From the NCBI GenBank assembly GCA_040954595.2, contig CM082593.2, forward strand, positions 714,759 through 778,758: 64,000 bases of DNA. The letters are read 5' to 3'. The translations under genes were made by a program, and so were the position numbers. Positions 13,369-27,100 of the stretch are shown here, piece by piece. Each line of letters begins with the position of its first letter. Position 1 is the first letter of the stretch. This DNA comes from Balanoglossus misakiensis (Eukaryota > Animalia > Hemichordata). Under the pieces are notes generated by a model, which saw only the letters and a list, made by a program, of their open reading frames with translations, made no database searches and was not told the origin of the DNA.

Positions 13369-14880
13369 AACCACATAGCAATTTGTAGTCTGAGCCAGAC
13401 TTAATAGTTCAACCCAAGCTGACCCTGTCATCAACGTTGATTGGACCCCATATATACAAGGACACAGAGTAGAGTGATTATGGTGAATGAAATTTTTATT
13501 CTGTTAATGGCAGCTAAGTGAAAATTAAATCAAATATTAAAATGGCTTGACCAAGAAAAACTCTGTTAATGGAGTACCTTGATACTTGGCCTTGTTAAGA
13601 CATCTCAGTCAACCAGCTGTCCTCTGTGAGTATCTCGTTATCAACGCTAGAAATTCTTTTGTGTTTGCTGGATGAATATTTGTGTGATTCATTCTTTTGA
13701 GAAAAAACTTTCCAGATCCCTTCCAGCAAATAATTACGTCATGAATTTGTCGGTCAACTGTAAACAGATCTGGTTGTCTTTGAAAAGTAAAGAAAACACC
13801 CTTTTGATTTGCCGAATTCAAATGGTTGAAAAGTCCTCTGACCTTGAACTTGTAGACAAGCATTGCCTAATGGGGAGAGCTTGTTTGCTTCCACGGGTTG
13901 CCCAGTAACACAGGTCATCTTGTCTTGAGGACAGATTTCACAAAAGATAAAGAAATCGTGTCCTAATGGATTTTTTGTTGCTCTTCTAGATTAAATTTGG
14001 GACTTGTATGCTAGATTTTTGTGATAAGAAATATAATTTCAAACTGAAATTTGCATTTTTGCAGCTTGGATGCTCTGTTTCCCAAGGGTGCTGTCCCAAA
14101 GTTGTGTGAAGAATCACTTTAGATGTCTCGTCATAGTTGACTATTTGCATGAAAATGAGAAGTGATGTTAGAACAATAATGAAAAGAAATGTAATTGTAT
14201 TTCAGGAAGGTCTTCTCAGTAATGAATATGAAAATAGACACCCTCTTATTAAATTTTTACATGTTCTTTTAGTCTGGACACATTGTGAATTGAGTTTCCT
14301 CAAAGTGTGTGCGTGTCACGCAGACTAGCCTTGAAATACTCAGTGACTATCAGTTACAGTTCTAATGTTTGTCTTGGCCGGGTTTTGTAACCATGCCCCT
14401 AAACGCACACTTCCGCAGTCTGATCACCTGAATTGTTTGTAGGAGATGCAGCATTAATATTTCTCAACCAATTCATTTCTCATTAGGAATAAAAACACCC
14501 CAGGCAGGCGCTTCCTTTGCAAAATTCCGAATCCAGGCAATCTCTCCATATCGGTTTTAATCGCTGATTTTAAGTGCATTTTGATTAGGATCAAGTCGGC
14601 GCACTTGTTGCTGGCAGAAGATTAAATTTCTGCGGGAGGGGTGGCCTCTTTGTTGCTACTGTGGTCTAAGTAGGGGTCCAAGACGTGGAAATGGAGTTCA
14701 GAAAGCAATCATAAGTGGGGCACAAGTGGCTATTTAAAATCAAACTACCTGTCCTCTGCTGGTATCATATGTGCTGCCGTCTAATTGCATATAGGACGCC
14801 CCAGGAAAAAAAAAGTGCAGAAAGCGTCTGATAGCACGAACCAATATGCGCTCTCGTTAAGCAAATCTTTGCAGTTGTGC

Positions 14881-14948
14881 TAGTCTGGAAACCAGACCGA
14901 GTGTGTTTTAGATAGACTCACACTCCGATCGGTCTGGATTCTAGACTA
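14881..14948. mobile_element. 68-bp MITE with TAG...CTA terminal inverted repeats and a 9-bp target-site duplication
   Basis: Left end TAGTCTGGAAACCAGACCGA versus reverse complement of right end TAGTCTAGAATCCAGACCGA (18/20). Flanked by CAGTTGTGC (14872-14880) and CAGCTGTGC (14949-14957). Confidence 0.7.
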
Positions 14949-16714
14949 CAGCTGTGCATGTGTGGTATTACCGCACCCACAGAGTGTATTCCATCAACAT
15001 AAACCTGCATGTAGCAATTGAAAACATAAAACGGTAATCACATACATGTATGTGGAATCACCCCTTAAATTTTGACCTTTGACACGACAGGTCTGTAAGG
15101 CCTGATAAAACAGCACCTCAGCCATGACATACCAGGACTCATGCGAAGTTTTGTACTCGATATTAAATTCCCAAATGAGCCAAAACCAAGGCCAGGGTGG
15201 TCTTTTGTCACGAGGTCAACTCCTGTAAAATTTTGTGTAGTTCTTGTATGTAGGCAGCCAATTTTACACATCGTTGTTAAAAATCGGACATAAAACAGGG
15301 AAGCTGCGCTCAAACCCAGCAAAGGTCTACCCACACGACCAGTAGATTGTACAATAAATTCTTTGCATTGTTTGTAAAAGTGCACTTGAAATATTTCAGT
15401 TGCTTCTTATCGTAGAAATGCATTGTTTATGAACAAAGTGGTATACAATCACAGTGCGGATCACAGCCTTCATTGACATTTGTAGAATATATGTCGTTCA
15501 TGATTTGAAAATGATCACCAAGCGAAACTTCAGTATTGGTTAAAGTTAACATAATGCTGATTGACATCCATAAAAACCATAGTGGTGAAAAGGGTTAGAG
15601 CTCGATCTTCACGAAAGAGTAGCACCGCTTTCAGATAATCCTGATGTGGTCATTTTGATTCAAATCAGTGATGTGTTTCTCTGCACGGTGTCTGTGCATT
15701 GTGAAAGGGGAAAGATTTCACTGTTGCATGTGTGTATCCAGATGCAGGTAGCGTTAACTTTTGCAGGGATTAAATTTCAACGAGACCCTGACAGTCTGAT
15801 ATGGCCATGGATTTATTACTGTAAGTGCATTGTATTTGTGCCACAGTGTCCGTAATGTCACAGGAATAGTCTTTTCACCCAGCCGGGCATGTCACCCGCA
15901 CAGGTCTGAGAAAATTGATCACCTCACATGACCAGGCAACAAACAGCTGGATGCAATTTGCCCAAGAGGCAGTGTGATGTAAACATTTGCCTCTGTACAG
16001 GTTTTTGAATCAGGCTATTGTCGCTCCCCCAGACCGGTGAACCCCCTAGGCAACCATTGTAACTGGCTATTTTTCCAAGACATTTACTCCCAAAGTTCCA
16101 TTGTGCTGGTAGAGTACCGCGTTACACATGGTTGTTTGAAGAGTGAGGGGCTTCCATTACTGGGCATGAAATCTGTGTTTATTTACGCTACGTTTTCAGG
16201 TTATTTAAAACTCTTCCCTGCTTTGGGAATTCGGGTTTAATTTTGAAATTCCTGGTCAGTTGACTGTAAAAGAAAGCGAGTGAACCAGAGAGAGAGTATT
16301 TCTTCAGCATGAAACCTCTCCATTACAGCGATGAATAGGGTTAACCGAGCAGAACACAAACTTGGCACCCGACATCAAGAAAGTAACTATCGCTGGCCTC
16401 GACAAAGTATCAGTTATACCTTAGTCTCAAACAACTCATTTACTTGAATACAAATGATTTGGTTAACAAGCACATTCAAAATTACACTTTCTTTGCAACA
16501 GAAACAAGATGTTTTCATTGTGATGTGCTTTCTCTGTCAATACAGAAAACAAGTTCTGATAATACAGCTCCTGTATGGGTTTTATCAGTATAATTAGTCC
16601 ATGGTCTTTCATTGTGTTCTTGGCCTTGAGCGAGTGAATGATGAAGACTTTTCTGCCAAGTTTAAATAAATGTCGGTTGGTACTAACTGCTGAGAAAATC
16701 GTAGACTTGTTTAA

Positions 16715-16935
16715 CTACTCCTGGGAAATAATTCCCAGGTAACGGAAATAATATCCACTCCTGCAAAATCCCGGAAAAATGATTCAGCTATTAGTGCCTG
16801 TCGTAAAATTTCGATTATCCTGAAAAATGTTTGGTTCAATTACGGCATAATCACTCTTGGAAAATGACATTTTTGACCTCAAAACTCTGGGGAGCTATGG
16901 CAAAAAAACCTGGAATGTTCTGGAATTTGAGCCAT
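16715..16935. repeat. degenerate CCTGGAAAA/CTGGAA-rich repeat, probable old non-autonomous DNA transposon remnant
   Basis: Several degenerate TCCTG(G)AAAA units. A similar block lies at about 49095-49180. Confidence 0.35.
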
Positions 16936-19900
16936 GTTCATCCAAATCCACTTGCACAAGCGGGGAAAACAGGTGACGTATATCACTCATATCAACAGAA
17001 AATTGATGAAGAAATGAAAGCCTGAACTATTTGTATGAAGGCATTCCAGATGTGAAAAGGGCTTTTTAAGTTTCATTGTATAAATCTATAGAACAATTTT
17101 TGAAAAATGGATTTTCATTATGTGTGGGCCTATGTCCTTGTCATCTTATTAACAGTAACAGATGGTTGTAGTTTCATTGGACAGTTGAATAATTGACCTT
17201 GTTCGAATATTATCGTGATATAATACAGGTGTGATATTTCTATTAATAATTCCTATAGCAAACTGAGACACAATAAAACCTGTATTGTAGACAGTTGAAT
17301 TCATGTCCAGACACCTCTGTAATTAACAAAACACCTAACATCAAAGGAAGATTATATAAGTTACTGTTTGTTGGGATAACAAGCTAGAAGTATGGATGAA
17401 ATTGACAGAGAAAAGGAGGCAAAGCCACTCATTTTTGACATTATTTTGGATACTTCATTCAATCAAAATTATTTATGGTTTACTTCTCACTGAAAATAAA
17501 ATACTCACTGGCTTGTCACAGCTGATGTCACACCCTGCATGTGAGCGTAACATGCAAACACTGTACTCAACCAGATATGTATACCTCTTTTGAAAAAGAC
17601 ATCAAACATTTTCCATTTTCTTCATAAATTCCAGAAATACTGACACCTGTTCTATAAACGTAACATTCAGTGTTTTTCCGTACAGACTGTAAATATATAA
17701 AATTCGAGTGCTGTTGAGAATGGATTTTCATTTGAACTGGTTAACTCTAACCTTTTGAAAATGTTTCCTGGCAGTATAAAAATGTCCATAAATATCAAAC
17801 AACTGTCACAAAGCAAGTACCAGCACTTCGCCAGAATGAAAATGTTTCTCTTAAAAAATGTTTGTGCATGTAGTCACTGTCATTAAAAATTCCATAAATA
17901 TAATTGAAGATTACATTGAACATTGCTATGACGAAATCATTTGATATTAGATTTATGAATAAAAGGTATCCCCAGTTATGATCCCATTTTGACAGTTTCT
18001 TTTAGTAAATGTACGTGCAATGTGAGATTTCAGACTTTCATGTAAGGTTTCAGTCAAACTAGAAGGCAGAATTTCAAGTCTTGCTCCGTTGAAAGATATA
18101 GATTGTTTCAAGACGGCAAATACAGATGTTTAAACAGACTCGTATGTGACAGTCACTTAGTAAATTTGGCTGTATTGACTCAGATCAAAAGTTTTAAACA
18201 GAGCTTGTAAGATGTAGGTTTGTTCTGTCTTTGGATGACACTGTATCTTTGCTGTGTTTGATTGATTCCTGTTTGCACAGTGGCGAAGAGGATTCTTGTT
18301 CTCGAATTACCATGGCAACTCAGAGTTGCAAATGCGTAACACGGAGGAAATTGCAGACTTTCTTGTTCTGTGTTTGTTTGCTACAAACTTGAGTTGTGAA
18401 GAAGGAAGAGAATGACGTCTCACTGTGTCAAGGAAACTTTGGAACCGAATTGTATGATAATAATTCTTTGCTTTTGACTGGTTTATGCATTGTACTAGGA
18501 TGCTGTCATTTTTTAATTGCCATGGTGACAGCCAGTCACAAACCTGCAAATAGTAGATGCAAGTCGCTTTAATAACTGTCTTTTAATAGATGTACTGTTA
18601 ACTTCTTAATGTACATGTAGCTGTTGATAGAATGTATGTTTGGAAGAAACTTAGAAAATAGACTGCCACTAATGGCTATGGTTGCTGTCTTCAAAAGACT
18701 TCTGTATAGCCGCACTGACCCGTAATGCAAACCAAGTCAAGCTGAGAAATTTTTAAAATGTTACACAAAGCCAGAATATCACAGTTTCTCAGAAACATAA
18801 TTCCTGATACATATGAGATAAACAAGCATATTTTGCTCGGTATGGCTTCTTTATTATTAAATTAACCAGTTGCTAGCGATCAACACATTTACATTTTTGT
18901 GTTTTAGTGGACGTGCTGGGGCCAAAGGTCATGTAAGGTCAACTGTTGAGGTCCATGTGGACATGTCTGCAATAATGGTGTACTTAAAGTCGTAGAATGC
19001 GGAGGTGTATTTTGAAGTTGGTTGAAAGTGCAGAATGACTTGTATAGAACATGTCTGTAGCTTTGTCTGTTGGTCCCCGAACTAAATCACCATGACTTTG
19101 TGAAATTGATAGGCTCATTTCATTTATAATTAATTAAAAGTTGTAATATCACACTTGCATATAATATCAAGGTTATAATTTGATCACTAGCAATCTTACT
19201 AATTTACTAGCTTGACCAGTGATTGACTTCTTCCCCACTCACTGATACATGTAAGTTGATTTCTTACGAAAGTTTCAAACGTATCAGTGATGACAAAGGC
19301 AGTTGAAGTATCTCTGAGCTGCCTTGGACCAAATTTCAACAATTTTAATCAGAAGGACTTGGATCAAGCTCTGCCTTCTTGACATATTTTGGTTGTGTGG
19401 TCTGATTCTGTCTGAATCACCAAATTATAAAAAAATGTCCTGTTCTGACATCCAGCTTTGATTGGAGGACACTGTTGCACGGAAACATGTTTGCGACAGT
19501 GACTTCAAGAACATCAATTGTCATCCCAGTAGGTGGGAGTCATTTTGGCTTGGCGATGAAAAGTGTGTGGAGATAATGAATTGGAAATGTAGTGATGTGA
19601 AAAACATCACAGTTCTCATTAAGGGTCTGCTCTATTGACAGGTCAGAGCAAAGTTCTGACCTTACTTCACTCTTCTTGGAGATGTTTGTCATGACATGCG
19701 TTACAAAGGGATAAGCACAGAGTGGCTGGATAGACTTTTAAGCCAGTAAATTGTGCCTTCATTGAAAGATGTTTGTCAGCACATGGAATAATTGCTGAAA
19801 GACTTTCTTTGATGATAATGAGGCTTGAAAGATTTCACCTTTGCAACAAGGTGGAACAACTGTTGACATCATTAAAGAACTGTGTCTGAAGTCTTGAGGG

Positions 19901-21156
19901 ATAATTTATGCCTGGGACGTGGTGACTGAATGGGTGGATATGTAATTCATTGGGTAGTTGAATCTGCAAAGAATCCGTTTTAAGTACTGTTCGAGCGGGA
20001 TAAAAGAAATGGAGAGAGAGGTCGGAAAAGTCAAGGTTTTTTGGGGTCTTGATGTGTCTGGACAGATTTTTTTGAACTTTCAACTTTGTGTTTTTACAAT
20101 CATCACATTGTGGTACTGTTGTGTAGAAGTCGCCATCCCATATCTCACAGTCTCCCAAAGCAGACCAGTAAAGAAATTGAAGTATTTTATATAAAATATT
20201 CACCGAAGACTGAGTTTGTGTGTGTGTGTTTGGAGAGATATGATGTATCTTTCATGATATTGATTTGTAGATAAAAGCAATTGCGTTTAGTATCTTTTTT
20301 GTAGACATTGATGTAACCACTAGTCCGCGGAATCTGATATCCAATACTTTGATCTTAAAGCCACATCTTCTTTGTCAGCTTTATCTCGGAAGAAAATGGA
20401 TAAACTTTAATCAATATTTCATTGAAAAACAAAGCCTTTACACCACATTAAGTATTCAGTTTCAAGAAGAAGTAATTCTAGAACCAGAGATTGAAAATTG
20501 CCTCTTTTATAATTAGACTTCTATGAATGAAATCAGTCTGTTACTCTGAAGGTGTAATATTGTAGATCCCATCTGCCATCTTCTAAAGATCTCGCCCCAA
20601 TTTCTCTACAGGAAAAATGAATAAAAATGAGACACAGTGAAATATTGATACCCCCCTATAGATCACTTAATATATTTCCATTATTCATTGCAAGAACAGG
20701 ACATGGGACTCAAAGTAAATGCTGATTTCTGTTCCATGGAGAACTTTTCTCGCCATGACTCAACTTATTAGCAATTAGAGATGCAAATGAAACTAACCCA
20801 GCAAATGACCCTATTGTCATTTTCGCATCACCGTAATATGAATCGTAGACAAACTGTGAGGACGAGAATTACAAATTGCAGACAAGTCATTTAAATACTT
20901 TTCACCTCTTTCTGTCTGTATTTTTATCTCAGAAAGAAGGTATTTTGATGAAATTTTGTTATGATTGAATCAACATTTTCTCGTGTATTTTTGTAGTGGT
21001 TCTACATTAAAAATTATACTATATTTAATTAGGGCAGAAAATGTGATATCAGTGGCCCTGACTGAATTTGTCTGATGAGATTTAGGTGTTATTAAAGCAT
21101 ATTTAAATTATTATATGTAATTTGAAAGAAATACCATTACGGAGTGGGATTATTCC

Positions 21157-21170
21157 GTCACCATGGCAAC
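21157..21170. promoter_or_regulatory. RFX X-box consensus site (best of ~11 in the STOX intron)
   Basis: GTCACCATGGCAAC matches GTNRCCATGGYAAC. Two more copies lie within 430 bp (21441-21454, 21579-21592). Confidence 0.45.
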
Positions 21171-24100
21171 ATTTCTAAGTGTTCCCGTCTACCATGACCA
21201 CCACTGTTCCTGTTTTCAAAGTTTTTATTCCGTGACAAACTGAACACTCTTGAAATTGATGGACTTCCAATGTATCTGAAAGCATTCATTTGTAGTGTGT
21301 GGCCGATTATGTATTATTGACAGACAGATTCTTTACATAAATAATTTGAATCTAAACCTTTATCAGGATTTATGAAGATCTAGAGTTTCTGTTTACATTA
21401 TGTGTTTGAAAGGGCTTTGTGAAGGATCTCAACATCTCTTGTAGCCATGGAAACCATATGCAACATTTGTAAGAATCAGTGACCACCTTTTGTAGTGTTT
21501 ATGTCAATTTTTCAAATGGGGAAATAATCGATAGAATTGATGATGTATATCTGGATGACAAATGATTGGAGTGTTGTAATAACCATGGTAACAGTGACAG
21601 ATAGTTCCTACTTTTTTCTGACCTAACCCAGTAAGAAGATCAGAATTGGGTCAACTCTATCCAATACAGTGTACCTAAAGTCTTAATGATGCTGTGTAGC
21701 TGTTAAACTTTGCAGTATATGTGGCACAATATCCTTGAGAAGATTACTACTTTCATATCCACCTGCCAATTTTTTTTTCATATCCTATATATGAAAATAG
21801 CATACAGCTGCAAGTAGCTCTAATAGCACGAATCATTATAGCTGTTTAATTAGAGATTTTGTCCACTTATTTTTTTCTCTTTTTCCTCTTCCTGTTCTGT
21901 AGTGCATTAGAACGAAACAACTGGCTCTCAATTCTTTGCGGATCTGTCTGCCTTGGGGGGAGAGGGGGAATCACACTTGATATGGTGAAATTCTCCTTTC
22001 TTTGACAATGCGAAATAAGCTGAATACAGTAGAATTTGGGAGGGGCTTTGTCAATTCTGGATGCACTACAGTTTATTGTGTCATTATTTTTCCTATGAAC
22101 ATAGCCCGTGGATTCATGAGGTTTATACAGCTTTGCTTGGCACTTCCTTTCTAACTTAGATGTACAGAAATAAAACCTTGGCAGCTTGTCAGACTTGGCT
22201 TGTATTTGCACATGCAGTTTCTGCAATATCTTGCCAGATTGTTCAAAGGTTTTATATTGTGTTCACATGACCACAAAAGTGTAATGTTGATGATTCACAT
22301 GCGTGGATTGGATCATTTCAGCCTCAAAGCCAACTGGTGCAAACCACTGATGCCAAACCTTCCCTGTGAAATGATTCCGGAAAATATTTCATTATACAAT
22401 TACCTGAGTGTAAAGATTTAGTGACTGGCAAATATAGAGGCCATGTAATTTGCAATATTTGGAATGTTGTTCTGTACTCGCAACTGTCTTCGATAGTGGA
22501 TGTTGTGTCAAAAGAAATGAGTCAGATCGAGTCAGTGGAAACACTTATCACCTCACCACTTGTCAGTAGAATTAAAACCCGTGCAACACTTTTGTGACAG
22601 ATCATGACACTTATTAATGTGAAGGAATGCGGGGAAAATAATTGGAACATATATAACCTGATCGTTGTCTTAGCAGTCAGAAAGGAGATAGTCCCCAATG
22701 TCTCATTGACTCATCTGTGATAAGACTTGTCCTCTTTAACATCATTCAGAGATGATTTCAAATGAATGAGACTCAATTTCCAAAATAAGGCAACCTAAAA
22801 GAGGGCAATTCATTAAAAGATAATGTCTGTGTGGAAGGAATGTATTTAGTCGGGATATTACATTAGTTCGGCTGCGTTTATCTTCTTGTCTCAGACAGTG
22901 ATGGCTGACCATGTCTCTTCCTCAAAGACTGCCGTAATTTCAGCAGTTATTGGGAGTTTGAATAAGATTTCCGACAATCATGAAGAGTGGCGTCATTTAC
23001 GGTGTCGTCCAGTCTGTGCAGAACATGTCTGAGCTTTTTAGTGCCTCATTGGCGGTCTTCTTTGGCATGTGAGACGTCTTCACCTGTGCCAATTTGTCCG
23101 TGTCAAAAACTACAAAAAGGAATACATTTGTGTTTCCAGACAAAGACTAGCTGTTGGTGAAAAGCTATGATAGGATAGAAACTTGTTTTCCCCAAAGGCA
23201 GGCTGCAATAAGCTAAATAAACAAAGTTGTTTCACCTCCCGACTGCAAAATGCAGATAGACGTGAAATGAATAAAACAGATTATACTGGCAAATTATTGG
23301 AAATCAAGTACTTGTCTTTAAAGAGAAATTTAATTGTCTGCTTGAGCTGTCCATTTTAAGGGAATTTGTCAGTCGCCTGGACATAAATTCCTTCAGTTGT
23401 GTGTAAAGTTCTTATTTCTTGCTTCAGGCACTTCTAGAAATGATGGAACATTTTATTGAGTCGGAAATAAAATTGTGTAAAGTGAACTTGAGGTTACTAT
23501 CACCGATATATGTTGAGCTCAAAATCAGATTCCATGTTGTCTAAATTTACAGATTTTAAAAGTCAAATACATGTAGATGGTGAAACTGTTCCCAGTGAAG
23601 TTGATATGTGAACTGTCAATTTGCTGAAGCCTTGACTGTCTGTTCTTTTCAAAATATCTTGTCTGAACACAGATTCATTCGCACGCAATATCCATATAGT
23701 CGTGTGTCTTGAAGACGTCTCAGCCACATCTTAGCAGTCAATTGCCACAATTGAATTTCCAAGTGGCTTCTTACTGCTTGTCAATCAAACCACGTACAGG
23801 TGTCAATTATTCATTGCCATGGCAACCTGGCTGGTTTCTATTTTGACCACCCTGAGGATGTTGTACCAATGTGTGCAATCTTAGAAATTGAAGTAGCTTC
23901 ATCTGATACATGGAGACCGCTGTGTGTTTCTAATTATTTTGTAGACGCGGTAAGAATTTGCGCAAGATTTACATGAATAGCGGAGAATAGGCAAGAGATT
24001 GGCTTTACATTCTCACAAAAGAAGAAAGATAAGACGTCTGAGAATGCAGAAAGAGGACGTTGAGGCGTAAGACGTCAGGTGGTGGGAATAAGTGGAGTTG

Positions 24101-27100
24101 AAATGAATGTATATTTGATGGCTTGGATGAGGAAAGATGTTTCAGAAAGAATGTGTGTGTCTGAGAGAGAAAGAGGCTTGCACAAACATATCTTACAGTC
24201 AAGCAGATGGAAAGATTATAAGACATCCCATGATTAATGCAAACAAGAATCCTTCATGTAAAAAAATCTAGTTTTCATTTTGGCCTAATGGCACAGTACA
24301 GTTTTTAAATACCATTTATTGATCAAACTGATATTGCCGTATAATGGATCACATTAGTGAAAACAAAATAAATGTCTCCTGTTAATTGTACTGTTAATCA
24401 ATATGAAAGTTATCCAGCTGAAACATTAGCTCGTCTGGGGAATTAATTATTAATGTAAATAAAACACTATTAATTTAATCAGACCTATTTCAGCTTGTAT
24501 GTTCAATATCTCTGGTAGGTTTATCTCCGTGCAGTGAGGAAAATTGAAAAGTCTGGATTGATGTCAAGTAATTTGTTCGTTAATTTATCTCTCTCCTCTC
24601 GGTTGACATTTGTGTTTCCATTTCATAAACGTATTAGCCACTTACTTTCTTCCCTCGTTTGGAATTCTGTTCATCAAAATCAACACAAGAAAGTCATTCA
24701 TATCATGGCAGTGATAAAATATGACAGGTATCGCCATCTGGGAGAAACTGACACATTATCAATTTGCGCGATGTTTGCCCAGAAAATTGAGGCATGTATA
24801 TTTAATCAGATTTGGATGACAGTTGATATGAAGTCTGGATGAAAGGAGTAAACGTGTCAAATGCAGAGGGAAACCCAAAGGTTTTGACATCAATTAAATT
24901 AATGGAATACCTCACGCTTTGCCAGCAAGGTAGCTTTAGAATTACAAAGGAGAAAGCGTATCTCAGTACGTCAGTCAGAAGTTACCTGTTTCTTTAGAAA
25001 TTATTAGTATCCTTTAAAGTTTTGAATAGTGCAATTTCTGTTTTGCTAGGTTTATTACAGAGGTTACTTGGGTCAGAAACACATTAGGTGTTACCTATAT
25101 ATGTGAATTCAATGTAGCTTGTAACTCAACGAAGTAATGCATAGACTTCAAATGTCAATTTTAAGTGAAGGACATTTGCATATAAGTTTTTAGGTAATTA
25201 TGCTAATTAGCTATGTCATATTGGTATATAAACTCAAAAATTTGTCAGTTTTGATCACGCATTCAAATCTGCTCTGCTTAAAATTATGTTCATATCATGT
25301 GGTGACTTGGCATTTGGTCTTGTATTTTCTGTGCTAAGATGCCATCATTCTGATCATTGTGATTGCGGCATTGTTAGGTTCCTCAACCGAAATGGCATCT
25401 GAAAAATGTGAAGTCTGGCAATCAGAGAGCAGGTGGTCATTTCTGTGAATCTTGCAGGAGAAGCTATCAATGATTAGCACAAGTTTGCTGGATCATCTCC
25501 TAACAAGACAACCTAACCTTTATCATTAGCTGCAGCTCAATAGTAACAGTCATCATGTAGTTGTCAGGAATCGTGTCTGTTTCCGTCTCAGTTTCTTCGG
25601 GTTTGCCGTTGACAAAAAGCTCAAATACTCCCGTGTACAAAAGGAATTGGGTGTTACAATTCACAGTGGCCAGGGGAATATAGACTGTCTCCATGGAAAC
25701 AGTGTCGGATGTTTCAGTGTTGAAAAAAGAGAAGATATGTGACAGTTGTGGGAAGCTGATCTGCGAGAAGCTAGAAGGAAGTGTTGGAAACTGATCTTGG
25801 AATAAAACGAAAAGCTTTTTCTCATGTGGTGTTTGTTCCTCACAAGCTTGCATGGAAGTTTCATGTTTCATACATTGAGTACAAGTTGTCATCTATTTTA
25901 CGTTGTTTTTGGTTTGGTATTTTGGGTTTTTCTTTAGTTGAAACATGTCTGTAGAGACAGTCGAACCATACAACATGAGTTATTATTGATTCGGTATTAG
26001 CCAATCATGGGCAGCTGCCTAATGATTGCAATTTACTGCACGTCTGTGTTTAGTTTGGTTTTATCCATCCATCTCTCTCTCTCCTGTGTTTGATTGTCCT
26101 AAGTGTTGAATGTTGATTTGCAATCGCCTCTGACAATTCAAGCAGTATTTCTCTTTTAATAGCCTTGATCGTTTGATCGTAAACAGAAGAAGGATCTTGT
26201 GTTTATTGCCACTGCAATCTTATCTGTGCCAGACACTTCTGCAGATGCCATCAATATAAGAAAAACAAACACGTTCTTAATTATGTAGGAGTTTCCGGAA
26301 TGGAAGGCTACTGCAAACCTAATCTTTTAGACAAATCTCAACTCAATTAAAATGAAAACAATGATTTCAAAGATATACACCTGTCAATCAGGAGTCTTGA
26401 ATATATTCAATCAGGCGTAAAAAAAAAATCATCCCTTATAGAAAATCAAATACTCGCATCTGGAAATTTAATTCAAACATGTCAATCTGTAAAATCCAGC
26501 AAATTGAGTGAATTTTTATCACAATAACTTTGATTTTTAAACTTGCTCAAATTTGTACATTTTGCATGATATAATATCAGGGATGTTGCCTTGGAGACAG
26601 TGAGCAATTACCCAATTAGAAAAGCTTTCCTTGATACCCATATTGAAATGGAGGAAAAGTCTAAGTAATTGATGTATTAATAAAAAGAGTGATATGGGAA
26701 TAGCTTGATTACAATGGAGGTAGTCGGAAGAAGAAGTCATCTGACTTTGTTCTGGAAACCGCCCTGTCATTATCTATTCTCCTTTGTTCGTGTGATGGAA
26801 GTTAATTTTAAAGGAACATGAGGATGGATTACAGCGCTGGTTAGTTTGTTTTTGAGCGTCTCTTACATTTGAAGGATAGGGATAAGAATGTGTGAACCAA
26901 AATTGAGGGGAATATGAGCTCTGACTGTGGTTTTCTGTTGAGTCATGATGCAAGTTCTTGTATTGTATCAAAGCAGGGGCAGAACCTTGGCAAATACTGC
27001 TACATGTATGAGGCTAGTCTGACAGTTAACCAATGGGGAAATTTGAATTGTGAATTTCTTTGGATTTCCCAGGAAATGAGTCATGATTTTGTTAAAAGCA

